Shown here one piece after another: positions 25,703 through 39,570 of a stretch of 64,000 nt of DNA. The stretch covers positions 33,232,001-33,296,000 of the forward strand of contig OX597825.1 of NCBI GenBank assembly GCA_951406725.2, written 5' to 3'. The DNA is from Octopus vulgaris. Taxonomy: Eukaryota. The notes beneath the pieces are model-generated. The model was not told the origin of the DNA and searched no databases. It saw nothing but the letters and a program-made list of their open reading frames with translations. The position numbers and the translations under genes are program-made. Each line of letters begins with the position of its first letter. Position 1 is the stretch's first letter.

Positions 25703-25768
25703 TGATGATGATGATGATGATGATGATAATGATGATGGTGATGGTGGTGGTGGTGGTGGTGGTGGTGG

Positions 25769-25812
<44 letters not shown>

Positions 25813-26048
25813 TTAATAATAATACTAATAATAATAATTCTTTCTACTATTGGCTTAAGGTCTGAGACTTTGGGGAGGGTCTAGTTGATCTGATTGACCT
25901 CAGTGTTCAGCTGATATTTATTTTATTAATACTGAAAGGAAGAAAGGCAAAGTCAACCTTGGTGGAATATGAACTACGAACATAAAACTAGAAGAAATGC
26001 TGCTAACCACTTTGTTCATTGTACTAATAATTCTGCCAGGTTGCTGTC

Positions 26049-26108
<60 letters not shown>

Positions 26109-26330
26109 CAGTCTTTCTACAATAGACACAAGACCTGAAATTTGTGGCCAGCGGATCAGTTGATTACACCAACTTGAGTGTTCAAATGGTACTTATTTCA
26201 TCAACTTTAAAAGACTAAAAAAAAGCAAAGTTGAACATAGTGTCATTTGAACACTGAATGCAAAACTGGAAGAAATGTTGCTAAGCATCTTATTGTGTGT
26301 GTTAACAAGTTTGCCATCTCATTGCCTTAA
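25066..26330 (-). mobile_element. Head-to-tail array of ~5 SINE family C copies separated by (AAT)n/(GAT)n
   Basis: Copies near 25066, 25185, 25478, 25838 and 26110, all in the same orientation. Confidence 0.8.
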
Positions 26331-27109
26331 TAATGATGATGATAATGATGACAATGATGATGATGATGATGTTGATGATATCTGAAACAAATATTTCTTA
26401 TTTCATCCTTAGCCACTTACTTGGTCAGTACTGTTAACAAGTTTGCCATCATTGCCTTAATAATGATGATAATGATGACAATGATGATGATGATGATGTT
26501 GATGATATCTGAAACAAATATTTACAAGAGTAGCAACATTAGTGACTGGGAAATATGGAACTACTTATTTCAATTACTAAATGCAAATTCCTTAGACATA
26601 CTGCTTTCTTTCAGTTATGTTAGTGACACATCTCAAATCTTGCTCATATTTGCTTAGTTTCCTTTCTTTCTTTCTTTCTTTCTTCCTCTGTCAGTCATAA
26701 TATAAAAGACACAGCAGTTGGTCAGAAGGTTCTCATTAATGCTACTTCACTTACCATATCATTATTCACCATGACAAAGTTTTGGGTTTTTTTTTCTTCT
26801 TCTATGCCTAAGATGCTGCTCTTAAGTGGGTTGAAGGTGACTATTTTTTTTTATTTTAGTTTTAGCTATGAAAAATTAACAGTAATGTTCTGAAAATGGA
26901 AAGAGAGAGAGAGAGAGTGATAACAGCTTCACTTCAACTCATTATAAAGTTTGCTACAGATATCTGTATTTCATATCAGCTGCTAGAGTCTGACACGTTC
27001 ATGCATGGTTATGTGGTTCAGAAGTTTGCTTCATCACTATATGGTTTTGTGTCAGATCTCACTATGCCATAACTTGGACCACGTTTCTTCAACTGTAGCA
27101 TAAAATTGC

Positions 27110-27297
27110 TTAACTCTTTAGCATTCAGATTATTCTGTCAAATGTGAAGTTTATTTATTCATATTTCGATGATGTGATTGCATACTTCTAGAACGGTATT
27201 GTAGAGTAGGTGTGAGAGTTTGGATCTGGTCAGTTTGAACCTAAAACAGGTAGAATATTTGGGCCTGATATGGCCAGTTTAAGTGCTAAAGGGTTAA
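27110..27297. mobile_element. TTAA-flanked (piggyBac-like) MITE
   Basis: TTAA|CTCTTTAGCA...TGCTAAAGGG|TTAA; same family at 32414, 40157 and 59299. Confidence 0.75.
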
Positions 27298-28039
27298 AAT
27301 TTTGTGAGTGAACTTTTGTGGATGAAGACTATTTAAGTCTGTCAGAAGAACTCATTCCTGTTCGTCAATGATAACCAATTTGTACCTGGATTAATACCAC
27401 TAGTTCATTCCTAGGGTGTCTTTATATAGAATTAGTTCTTTTGCAAGCATTCAGGCTGGGTCTTTGGTCTGAGGTTAACTTTGTTCCCTCTATCCAGTGG
27501 TCCTGAAAAATAGTCCTGTTCTTCTCTCTTTGACTAAACTATTAAATAAAAGAAAAAAAATACTAATGATGGTCTGATGACAAGTCATTGAATTGAACTC
27601 TTTCATGGAGATTTTATTCAGTGTTCACATTTTTCTAAAGAGTTTTAATTCCATACACCTACACACGCACTTCATAAGATTACTGTCTCTATACTTGAAT
27701 CATGTACAAATGTACGTAGATATCAAATCACACACACACACACACCCATTCTTATGTATCATTCATACATAATGTCACTTTTATGCACTCAAATTCAGGA
27801 GCTTGAAAGAATGAACATTCTCTTTTACATACTTGTAGGTAATGACCACTCACTTTAAATATTCTCCGTCTTCCTCAGTATCTCTACCTGTCTCTCTCTC
27901 CCACCTCTAGCCATTCTTCTCTTCCTCTGTCTCTCTAGTGAGCAGACACACAGATGCACAAAAGGAAAATTAACACATGTACACTCCTCATTCATACATA
28001 CTATACATCTTCTTAGTTTACATCACATCACTTGTGGAT

Positions 28040-28600
28040 GTTGAACTCAAGAGTAAATTTCCCTCCAGGCTGTGCAAGATGAAATTGCATGTGCCAACCC
28101 TAAGGCATTGCACTATCCTGTATTCTGTGTCAGTTCATGGGGATACACTATGCAGGCTTGGACATCCCTCTGAGGTTATAGAAAAAAAATGCAGTGACAG
28201 GTTGATCTGTTTGACAAAAATAGTGGCCTGAAAATTTTAGCTGTCTTTGTTTGCTTGCCTAGCAGATGGATGGTAAACATCCCTATAGTGACTTGTTTGG
28301 CATAGGAGATGAGCCTTGTGTTGAAGTTGAGTGTATGTGCTGTCTAGTGATTGCTGTTGAGCCACCATAAGAGATCAGCATTGAGAGCCATAGAGCAGGA
28401 CAGATTCTACTGTAGCTTGAAACAGGAATTGATTCAGGTCATGTGACAGCTGTGGTGCTTTCCAAATTTTCCATAACTTGTCAGATGCCAACCATGCTAT
28501 CACTTAATGGATGTTAATGTCTATGCTGGTAGAGCAAATACAAGAGTCTGAGTAGTAGAGATCAGCAACTGACTCAATGGGCCCCCAATAAAAGTGTAAG
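28040..28600 (-). mobile_element. Degenerate RTE/RTEX LINE C-terminal region
   Basis: Reverse strand DINIH*VIAWLASDKLWKIWK..LFQATVESVLLYGSQC*SL..LDSTYT. Confidence 0.7.
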
Positions 28601-29675
28601 ATTACTCACACCAGTATTTTCATCAATGATTTTGGTTTTGGTTTTCAGTCAGTTTATTGAGAGACCAACTTCAAGAGCAGCTGACTCCAGATTTGTGAAG
28701 AGAGTTTGAGCAATTGTGATCATCAGCAAAGTTGAAGTTGTGTGAGTAGCCATGTAGCTCCCTTACAAGAACCTGCTCTGTCTCATTCCCTTTTCTCATA
28801 CTTGTCTGCAAGCATAAATCCCTTCCACTTAGGATTTGCAGGTTTGAGAGCTGCATGGCAACCTCCTTAGTGCTATTGGCATGAGAAAAGCATGCAGTAC
28901 ACATCATGAAGTGGTTGGCATTAGGAAGGGCATCCAAACATAGAAACCATGCCAGAGTAGATACTTAAGCATGAGACAGTCTTTGGACCCATCAAATCAG
29001 TCAAGCTGTCCAACCCATGCCAGCATGGGACATGGATGTTAAATGATGAGGGTGATGAATATATTCATAAGCATTAATACATTTAAAATTATAGAACAAC
29101 AACAAAAGCATCACAGATATATTTACTTAAATATTTATTTGAAATAAAAAGAAAATGGACAAAATTGCTCATTGTTACAAAATGTATGAGAAGATTTGTA
29201 TGAAGTTTCATCATATGTATTGCTAGGTGTATCCATTCATTCATGATTGCCAGACAAATTATTTTGTTTAGTATATAATGAAAGACATAATTATAATTAT
29301 TAAATCATATAAATGCACCAGACTCAAATAGAAATAGATTAAAAAAGATTGAAGTTTTGCTTCTAAAATAACACTTTGGGACATATTGAACAATAGCAGT
29401 AATATGCATTACCAAATAATGGGCACAGGCATGGCTGTGTGGTTGAGAAGTTCCCTCTACAACCACATAATTCTGAGTTTAGTATCAGTGTTCGGTACCT
29501 CGGGCAATTGTTTTCTATCATAGCTTCAGATTGATAGATGGTGAACACAAATTGTACAGAAGCTATCATGTGCAGGTGTATATATATATATATATAAGGA
29601 TAAGATCGTTAATTTAAATATCGATCTTATCAAGTGGCCAGCATGGGAATAAAAACCTTCAAAGGTAATAATTAT

Positions 29676-29834
29676 TATTAAAATTATAATTTGGGGTATC
29701 TAAGAGATACCATCACGATGGAAATAGCAGCCAAAACTTGACTAATACCATTTAATGTGGTTTTAGAGTCAAGTTTTGGCTGCTATATCCAGCGTGGTGG
29801 TATCTCTCAGATCCCCAAAATTATAATTTTAATA
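29676..29834. repeat. Long inverted repeat (~75-bp arms)
   Basis: ..GAGATACCATCACGATGGAAATAGCAGCCAAAACTTGACT.. pairs with ..AGTCAAGTTTTGGCTGCTATATCCAGCGTGGTGGTATCTC.. Confidence 0.85.
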
Positions 29835-30653
29835 TATTATATACACACCCACACATATATCAGAGTAACTGACCTATACAAAAAAAAAACATGTGGAGAA
29901 CATATTCCCAGAACTTTGCAAACTATATACATATCTGTGTGTATCACCCAATAAGCTGAAAAGTTAGATGCAATGTAACATTGTCAGAAACCAGGTTGCA
30001 ATTGGGAGCAATGAAAATTTTTGACACCATATTACAAACAATGAATGTTTAAGTGAAGTTAAGAATCTTTGTGTGTTTTTGAAAGGCTACTGTGTTTCAT
30101 CACTTGCATGGTGTGTACACCTTTGAAATAATATATGTATGTATATATATATACTTATATTAAGGGCATTACTATACATAAATGCCCTTAATATAAGTAA
30201 ATATATTTAAGAGGAATAATTGATGGATTTTTCCCTTATGAGGTTTTTCATGCTAACTACTTGATAAATTCCTATAAAGATTTTATCCTGTTTTTAAATT
30301 ACATATATATATAAAATTTAAACAATTAGAAGATTGTACCAGTCTCCTTATTCTTTGAATATGGAAACTGGTACATCTTCAAATAAAAAAAAAAAATTTA
30401 AACAGTTAATTACACAATATAATTGATTAAAATGACTGACAGTTAATTACACAGTATAAATGGTTAAAATGACTGACACATGTTTCTACTGCACAGACGA
30501 TGTGCAGTTACATATGTAACCTGCAATATTCTGCTATGCCTTTATTCAGGGTCTTTCCACAAGTGTGGTCTGAAACGAACTGAATTTTTTTATGTGTGGC
30601 TAGCTTATTTCTTTATTTTACTAAGGTTTTAGATATAAAAGGAAAGCGAAAGG

Positions 30654-30860
30654 GAGATATGCAAGGATATTGCATTTGTAGATCCATTATTTAGGCAGAA
30701 TGGTATACATATAAGATTCCAATACCTTGTGAGTAAAATCCAATAGTATCCAAAATTGGTCATTCCAATTTTAGATTTTACTCACAAGGTATTGGAATCT
30801 TATATGTATACCATTCTACCTAAATAATGGATCTACAAATGCAATATCCCTGCATACCTC
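30654..30860. repeat. Near-perfect inverted repeat (87-bp arms, 3 mismatches)
   Basis: 30654-30740 is the reverse complement of 30774-30860. Confidence 0.95.
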
Positions 30861-30934
30861 ACATTTATTTTCATTCCTCCACTTCACTCTCTATTTTGTA
30901 TCTTATTAACTATTGCTTAACCATTTTCTCATAC

Positions 30935-30985
30935 AATCTCCGATGAAGGGATATAATAAATATCCTGGAAACAGCTGTAAGACCT
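30935..30985 (+). ncRNA. Minimal type I hammerhead ribozyme motif (Penelope type, CCGAUGA variant)
   Basis: tct-CCGATGA-agggatat/aataa/atatcctg-GAAA-cagctg-TA-aga: stems I and II, palindromic stem III, GUA cleavage triplet. Confidence 0.6.
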
Positions 30986-32413
30986 TCTAGCAAATCCATA
31001 AGAGATATTATCTCTGAACAAAAACTGTAGTAAATTTGTCTATCATGTTGTTTTTACATTAAGTATGATACATAAACTGCTATATAAATATATATCATAT
31101 ATATATATATATATATGACACCTGCTCTTGTCCCTCTGTCATACATTCATATCTCTCAATACTATATGCTACTCAGTTAAGAGGTCTTGTCTTAAAAGCA
31201 CTTGGTAACCTCACTAATGCTGGTGCCACAAAGAAAGAGCCCAGTGCACTCTGTAAAGTGGTTAGGAAACAGCTGTAGAAATGATGCAAAAGATATTGGA
31301 ATTTTGTGTAGGCCTCTGGCTCATCAGTTCTTGTAGAACCGTCTTCCTACCCATGCCAGCATGGAAAAAGGGACTTAAGATGATGATGGTATATATTACA
31401 CACACACACGCATTTACACGTGTGCTTCTCCGGATTTATATTTTTCTAAAAACGATATATATATATATGTATTTTCACACACTCTCACATGTATATCTTT
31501 TACTGATGAAAGATGTAAACATTAGCAAGAAAATCAATTAACCAGTGCTTTTGAATAAAAACCTTTGTGCTATTTGTTCTGCCATGATTGCACAGGTGGT
31601 GTCTTGTAACTCTATCTTTAATATAGTGAACTAATGATTGGCCTATCAGAGACTTGTAACAATCTCACAGTTCTAAAAATGTATCAATTCTTTTATGCAT
31701 CTTAGTCAAAAGACGGGCCATGTTGCGGCACCACATATGTAAAATAAAATTATAGTTCTTATAAAAGGTCAGCTGACAGGTCACATAATTATTAGACATG
31801 ATCAGTACATGTTAGTGTTAATAAGACCAGCAGGTTAAGTTGAGAGAATGTCTGTTAATGGTCAGATGGGTCAACAGTTTTTTTTTTTACCTGAATAGCA
31901 ACAATACTGCACTGCAGTCTAGATAAATATGCTTAGCTTATTTAATGGATGGGTCCAAGTATCTTGAAAAAGGTATGACAGGGAGGTACAGTTATTCCCA
32001 CCCTTAATTGTAAACAGTAAGAGACACAGTGCCTGGGAAATATATTACATTAGCTAGCAGTGTTATTTTATCTTTGCAGTAGTAGGAAGAGAACATTTGC
32101 AATACATCAAGTGTACTCTGAATTAAATTACTGTACGAAAATATAGTATTCCATGCTGGCCCAATAATTTAAGGCTACAATACACTTTATTACTGACACA
32201 CATTTAAAAACAAAAATCTTTAATCGAATAAAAAAAAAATGAAAACAGATTGAATTAAGAAAATCAATATGTTTTGTAAAAAATGTAACAATAATTTTTT
32301 TTTTTTTTTGATGAACACAAATCCCTTTACAAGAAAAAACAAGACATATAAAGGGTTAATTTTAATTGATAAATATTTCAAACAATGTCTCAACATTTCA
32401 GGAAATTTTGTAT

Positions 32414-32623
32414 TTAACCATTCAGCATTGAAAGCAGCTGCATCTGGCCTAAATATTCTATTTGTTTTATGTTCAAACTGGCTCAATCTGGCCTTTCACA
32501 AACACCCTGCAATAATTACATCATTAAAATCGTGAAGATATGAGATAATGTATGATTAATTCAAAACAATGTGAAAAAATAAGCATTACATTTGACATAA
32601 TAGTCTGAATGCTAAAGGGTTAA
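32414..32623. mobile_element. TTAA-flanked MITE
   Basis: Same family as 27110-27297, opposite orientation. Confidence 0.7.
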
Positions 32624-34944
32624 ATATGTGAAATATTTTCTTTGTGAATAAAGATGAAATACAGAGTATTTTGGTGAAAATTTTGAGCAAAATAGTCTAA
32701 ATATTGAAAAATTGCTGTCAAAGAAGCCTTTCAATATCTTGGAATTATGGAATGTCATGGATTATGACTAAGAAATACATCAACTGCATTTTCCTTAATG
32801 TATGATGTTAGTAGTGTAGCTTTTTTTTTTTTTTTTTGTATTCAGTGATAAACCCAAGAGTTTTAGAGGAACGAGAAAAAAAAAACTGTTTTGGTTGTAT
32901 TTCCAATGTAAATTATGATTCCTAAAGCATATTTTATATAAATTAGAAAAGTTATTAAACATTTAAAAATTAAGTTTGATTTCTGAAAACTAAAATCGAA
33001 ATCAATATCAAATAAAAGTATGTCAAATGAGAAAATTGTGTTTTTCTAAAATATTTTTTATGAACTCAGTTTTATATGTCGACAAGACATCTTTTTTCTT
33101 TTCTCACCATTATGGGTATATATATACATATATTTATATATATACATACTGTATTTGAAGGGATATAAGACACATTGTATCTCCCCAAAAAGTGTTTTGT
33201 GAATTTGTCCCAGGTCCTATATGCAAGATCATCTTAAATATCAGATGTTTTAATGCATCAAAAACTTTTTTTCTTGAATATGTGCTGCTGAAATTGGGGT
33301 GCATCTAATATGCCCATGCATCTTTTATGCCATCAAATACAGTAATTTGGATAAAACTCTAACTACCAGGCACATTGTGATTCCTGCAAAATGATAATGT
33401 GAAGATTCTGTACACCATTCAGATTGCCAATGACAACTCTTGCTCTCTTTCTCTTTCACACATGAAAGAACATGACAAAAATGGTAGTGGTGTGTAAATA
33501 AATCCATGTCAGTTATGAAGTGATTATAATGTTATGTAGATGTGAATTGAAAATCTTTACAGCTATAGTGATTTAGTTATTGAATTATGGACACAGGCAT
33601 AGACAAGTGATTAAAATCTTTGCTGTGTGACACCTTGGTTAAGTATATTTTACTAAAGCCCAGGGCTGACCAAAGTGTGGATGCAAATATGGCTGTGTGG
33701 TTAAGGTGTTTGTTTCACAACCATGTAGTTTCAGGTTCAATCCCACAGTGTTGCAACTCAGCTAGTGTCTTCTGTCACAATGTGAGATCAATCAAAGCCT
33801 TGAATGAATTTTGAAAAACAGAAACTTTATGGCAGCCTACTGGAGAGGCCATTATTGTTACAAGGTGGGAGGCACAATGCATTGTCCAGGTTAACACAAC
33901 TACTTGGTCCATAGGTGCCTTTAGCAGATAAACAGATAGATATATGGGAAATCCATACTGTTGCAAGCATTCTGACCAGGTCTTTAGCCTCAGAATAAGT
34001 TTTTTCCATAAAAAAAAAGTGGTTTTAAGAGTAATTCATTTGACAAAAATAGAAAGGTGCATGATGTCTTCTGAAAAAGATTTTATGAATTTGCTGATAT
34101 GGATGGCTATGAGAAAATTCAAGAAATTTTTTTTATTAGTAAGTATGAAATAATGACAAGTCCTTTAACATAGAAATTACAACATTTCAAGTCTCAATTC
34201 TTCAAGAATTTACCTCCTCTATATATGTTTTATACCATATGATAAACACTTACTTAGAAGTAAGGAAAACAAGAAATTCTAGTATTTATACCTTATATCA
34301 ATTTGGTGTGGTCAAGCTACATCAAATGGCATTATGTCAATTGTTTTGTCATTTCCAAAGGGGACATGAAGTTGCTTTTATTCAGTGATAGCTATTCATC
34401 TCCCTGCTTATGAATATTTTATAAAACCATATATTTTCTTATTCTAAGAGTGACTAAAAGCTCATCAAAGTACCACCGAATGTTCCCTTTTTTTTTTTTT
34501 TTTTTCTTTCTTTAATTTTTCATTAGTTTCAATTAATGCTTCTCTGAAGCAATACAAAATAGAAATCAAAACTGGCTTTAAGATTACTAATTAATGTTAC
34601 AAGAACTCTCAAAACTGATGAGGAGTCAATGTAGTCACTTGATATATTAGAAATAGCAGCCAAATTTCCTTAAAAGAAGAACACAGATAAAGAAGTTCCT
34701 ATTTATGTATGTGAAGTCAAAAATGTTATGGCTTGAATTTTTGTGACCGTAAACTTTTTTTAAACAGCTAATCAGGGATAAAATGACAATAATTACTAAT
34801 TAAGATTCTTTTTATCTATACCCAAGAGAAATGTTTATAAAACTGGAAGCTATTGATGAACAACATAATTTTATTATTTTGACATTTTATAAATACTAAC
34901 CATATGAAAGACAAGAAACAGCCTCTGTATAATTGAAGATCATA

Positions 34945-35178
34945 CAGGGGTTGGCCAAATGACACTCAACAGTAAATCAAAATTCCATAAATACTATCTG
35001 TAATCCTGTATTAACTCAAATGGAAAAATGTGTCACTCAAGAAGGACTTCAAATTGAATAAGTTTCATGATGTTTCATATTTAGATGCTTTTATTAACTT
35101 TATCCAATTGTTAAACATAAATAAATCTTGGGATTAAATGGTTTTGACTTACTGTCAGGTGACTTTTGACCAGCCCTG
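34945..35178. mobile_element. Tc1/mariner MITE
   Basis: TA|CAGGGGTTGGCCAAATGACAC..AGTAAATCAAAA and TTTTGACTTACTGTCAGGTGACTTTTGACCAGCCCTG|TA imperfect TIRs. Confidence 0.7.
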
Positions 35179-35221
35179 TATAAAGTCATGAAGCTTATAT
35201 AAGACAACACTGATCTTCTAA

Positions 35222-35860
35222 CAGACATAAGGTTATGAATTTGAAGGAGGAGTGTAGGCAGTTAGCTCAATCTCAGTGCTTTATCACCCCAGGAAGAATG
35301 AAAGGCAGAGTTGACTTTAGCTGGATGTGAACTTAGCATGTAAAGGACCGTAACTAAATGTTGCAAAACATTTTTTCTTATACTAATTATATTGCCAATC
35401 CATCATAGTGATGATGATGGTTTCTAATTTTAGCACAAGGCCAGCAGTTTAAAGAGGAGGTGCCATCTGATTACATCAACCCCAGTACTTGACTAGTACC
35501 TGACTTTATTGCCCTCAAAAGAATGAAAAGTAAAGTCAACCACAGTGGGATTTGAACTTCAAAACATAAAGGGTCATGAGAAATGCTGTGAGACATTTTA
35601 ACAGCTGTGTTAATGATTCTGCCAGCTCATTGCCTTAATAATTGTTTCAAATTCTGACACAAGGTCAGCAATTTTAGTGGAAGGATATAGTCAGTTACAG
35701 CAACTCCCATTACTTGACAGATAGTTTATTTTATTGACCCCAAAAAGATGAAAGGCAAAGTTGACCTCGACAGTATTTGGATACACAGTGTAAAGAGCTG
35801 GAAGAAATGCCAACAAGCATTTTGTCTCACTTGCTAACAATTCTGCCAGCTTGCCACCAA
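35222..35860 (-). mobile_element. Three tandem SINE family C copies
   Basis: Copies near 35222, 35418 and 35642. Confidence 0.75.
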
Positions 35861-36275
35861 AATAATAATGTTTTTGCATTTCATAATAATGGTTCTGGTT
35901 CTCTGCCAATTGGCTAACTCCAATTTCCTTATATTTAAATCTTTGGGCTAGGCACCAGGCCAATTTTGAAGAGGGAGAAAGAGAAGTACAGCTAAATAAA
36001 ACAAACCACTGTGTGTTATTGTTACTCAATTTACTGATATTGGATGTGGAAGTTAACTCACTCAGTTCTTCATGTGATTTGCATTGCTATTAGAATATCA
36101 AATTAGAATACAAATTCTAAAAAGGCGAGATATTTCTCCCTTTATGATCATGTTTATGGCTAACAGACATGTGTTATAAGAGCTACTTATCTAGAGAAAT
36201 AATTAGCTTCATATCTTTCAATATCATACCAGCTATGGCTACTGACATTATAAGCACCATAGAAATTGATTAAAG

Positions 36276-36707
36276 CAAGGATCCCCAACTATGCAGATCA
36301 TTTGATACTGGGCTACACAGAAAGAATAAATTTTTATTTTTATTATACTGACTATCAAAGACAGCAGGGCGCTTTTGCATAATATATATATATATATATA
36401 CAGCACGTAAAAGCACCCACTACACTCTCGGAGTGGTTGACGTTAGGAAGGGCATTCAGCTGTAGAAACTCTGCCAGATTAGATTGGAGTCTGGTGCAGC
36501 CATCTGGTTCGCCAGACCTCAGTCAAATCGTCCAACCCATGCTAGCATAGAAACTGGACATTAAACGATGATGATGCAATGTATATGTAATATATATGTA
36601 TTATATACAATAATTAAATTACATATTATGCACATGATATCCTGGTCCATGGGAAAATTGTCATGCATGAAATGGGTTTATGGTGCAAAAAAGACAGAGG
36701 ATTACTG
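36276..36707. mobile_element. hAT MITE with a nested RTE 3' UTR fragment (~36400-36576)
   Basis: Perfect 8-bp TSD GATTAAAG (36268-36275 and 36708-36715); ends CAAGGATCCCCAAC / GAGGATTACTG. Confidence 0.7.
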
Positions 36708-37658
36708 GATTAAAGAATTATATCTGGAATAAACTTTTTTTAAATATAATGACAGCACCCTAACAATCTCTATTACAAATTATGGTTTCTAACATAGTTA
36801 TGGCAACAATAGATTTTAAGAGCAGGTAAAGTGAGTTCCTCTGATGTTCAAGGCTTTCCTGAGGACATCAATAGTACAAATAAAGGTGTTCCAACTGGGA
36901 ATTACAGCCAGTGAACTGTTTGCAGAGAATTTACCACCGTGTTTGCCATAAGTCCACCAACAATAAAGAATTCTTACATTTAAGGAACAAGTCTAACAAC
37001 ACCAAAAATAATCAAAATGTTTGATTTCTTCACAAAAGGAATGACGTTTAATTTCTTTCTTAAAGAAAATGTTATATTGAATAAATGAATAAATGACAAA
37101 GATTAAATGTCTTCTGTGAACCAATGTTTGTTGAAGAGTGTAGTCAGAATTGAAGAAGTCTTTTGAATTAGATATCCTCCAAACAGTAACTACACACATA
37201 CAAATATTTTCTCTGTAAATACAAAATGGTTTACATGTGTATGTGCAAGAGACTAAAAAAAATATTCATGTATATAAATATAAACATACATTTATTAATG
37301 CTGGCCTTATAAAGGTTTAAAACCCTTCTCAAATATTGACTATAGTCAAAGCTTAAAATTTCAAAACATTATCTTGTGGCTACATAAATTTTTATGTTCA
37401 TCATTTTTATTTATTGCAAACATTATAGCTGTCACTTTTCTTTCTTTTACAGCAGTGAACAAGCACTAATAATAATATTAAAAAAAAAACTTTTTATAGA
37501 AACATACAAAAACAATAAAATTTTGAACAGAATATTCAAAGTAAAAAATTATATAAAAAAATGGCAATGACACAATTAGTACATATTCACAATTCTTGTA
37601 ATTAATTTTAAAAAAAATACAAAAAAAATTGTTCTTGATGTTTATTATTTTCGTTATA

Positions 37659-37810
37659 CTAACATGTTTGAATGTTAGGAAAGACATGGGTTAGAATGAA
37701 AAAAGCTACATCTTGGTTTGACCAATAGGCAGTATGTGAAGTTAGTGCAGATATGTAACTATTCTCAAAACTGCTTTCTTTCAATTGAAAATCCATACGA
37801 TATTCCAGAA
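37659..37810 (-). CDS. DDHD1: Phospholipase DDHD1, last coding exon
   Basis: tttacag| then LEYRMDFQLKESSFENSYISALTSHTAYWSNQDVAFFILTHVFPNIQTC*; contains the C-terminal D, H and D residues of the DDHD domain. Confidence 0.93.
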
Positions 37811-37859
37811 CTGTAAAGGAAAAGAAAAAAGGATTTAAAAATTTTTTTTGTTTTGTTTT

Positions 37860-38192
37860 TGCTTCAGTCATTGGGCAGTGCCTTGAAAGATTTTGGTCAA
37901 ATGAATTGATCCCAGTACTTATTTATAATGTCTTATTCTATTGGTGTCTTTTGATGACCCACTAAGTTACAGGGACGTATACAGACCAGCACTGGTTGTC
38001 AAGCAGTGGGTGGGTGGAGGTGGATGGGGGCAAACAGACGTGAAGACAAACATTTTTTGGGCTTCTTTCAGTTTCTGTCTACTAAATCCGCTCACAAGGC
38101 TTTGATTACTCCATGGCTATAATAGAAGACACCAAACCTGGAACTATGTACTTTGGAAGCAAACTGCTAACCACACAGCCAAACCTGTACCT
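37860..38192 (-). mobile_element. SINE family A, degenerate
   Basis: Family A body and head. Confidence 0.7.
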
Positions 38193-38789
38193 CTCTTACC
38201 ACACAGCTACATGTATGCACAAATTATAATATAATTCTATAGAAAATGATGGATAAATTAAACATAATATTGTGACAGTGCAGAAGGACAGATAAAGCCA
38301 AATACTTAAAAAAAAACCCCCCAAAAAAACCCCCAAAACTTTCTATTATTCAAACCATGTAAACAAATGGATTAGAACAGCTGATATAGAAACCAGAATT
38401 AGAATTTCTCAATTATTTTCCTATAATTTGTGTTTATTCTTCTCTCTCAATCCAACAGCGAATTGTCATCCTATTTACTCCTACTGCCATGAAGTAGTGA
38501 CTGCTTCACTTGACACTCCAAATTCTAATTATACTCTGATGGTATTGATAAAAACCTTCATCAATGACACTAGTTGTTTTGATAATTGTTTTTATCAATG
38601 AAGCTTTTTCGGCCTCTCATCACAAAAGTCAATGAGTAGACTGCAGACTCTGAGATCTGTCATTGAATTTATCAGTGATGATATTGTCTCAAAGCAATGA
38701 ACAATGCAAAGCATATGAAAATTAGGTCATTTTGTCTGGGTGTTTGCTATCACCACACTCTGATCTTGTAGGTTCCAAGATCACTAATA

Positions 38790-39005
38790 GCCGTTCAAGA
38801 ATTTGGGCCTGGAGATCCCTATTTCCAGCGACTTCGAGGGCCACTTCCCAGTGGTGTTGGGCGTAAACGAAGAGCCCTCGACTACAACAAGACGATCAAA
38901 GTTTTTTTTCTTTTTTTCCTAAGGTCTGGGGTCTCCCGCCCCTAAGCCCTAGACCATCACCTAATCACCCTTACCCGTCTTGTTGCTTAACAACAACAAC
39001 AACAA
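38790..39005 (+). mobile_element. Young 5'-truncated non-LTR retroelement with (CAA)n tail
   Basis: Perfect 14-bp TSD CAAGATCACTAATA (38776-38789 and 39006-39019); GC/CpG-rich body. Confidence 0.8.
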
Positions 39006-39570
39006 CAAGATCACTAATATGCCCTCAGGGGCTAAGTTATCAGTTGATTACATTGTATATTTTAACATGTTAGCAGCATTTCCCAGCACTGAAATGTCTG
39101 AGCCCATATGAAGAGCTACACCAACTCAGGTGATACCATTGTTTAGTTTTATAACAATATGACACATTGGGAGGCGACTAAGCCAGGCACTGCCCCATAG
39201 CTCACATATAGCTATCAGCTATGCAAAAAGTTTTGTTGATTTTATATTTCTGCAAGTACATAGTCAATAACAATATGCTTTGCAGAAATATTCAATATCT
39301 ACAATGAATTTGAAACTTGTTTTCTTTGAATTCTGTAAACAGTATCATTTTATTATTATTTCATATGGATTACATCAAGTTGATTACCAATTTAATTTGA
39401 TACAGAAAAAAATAGATTAAGTAATAGTATTAATGGTATTCTTTTATTCTTTTATATGTTTCAGTCCAATGACTGTAGCCATGCTGGAGCACCGCCATTG
39501 AAATGCTGGAGCATATCTATATGTCTATTAGGAATAATGTAAAGTAAAAAAAAAATAATAAAGCACATAC

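Noticed and set aside
26301-26523. Local ~95-bp duplication (also short tandem duplications at 5385-5485 and 12177-12225)
   Set aside because: Ordinary slippage or repair duplications with no sign of function.
31540-37658. Extent of the DDHD1 3' UTR and poly(A) site
   Set aside because: Several minus-strand AATAAA candidates (for example near 37410 and 32190) in AT-rich DNA; cannot be resolved without transcript data.
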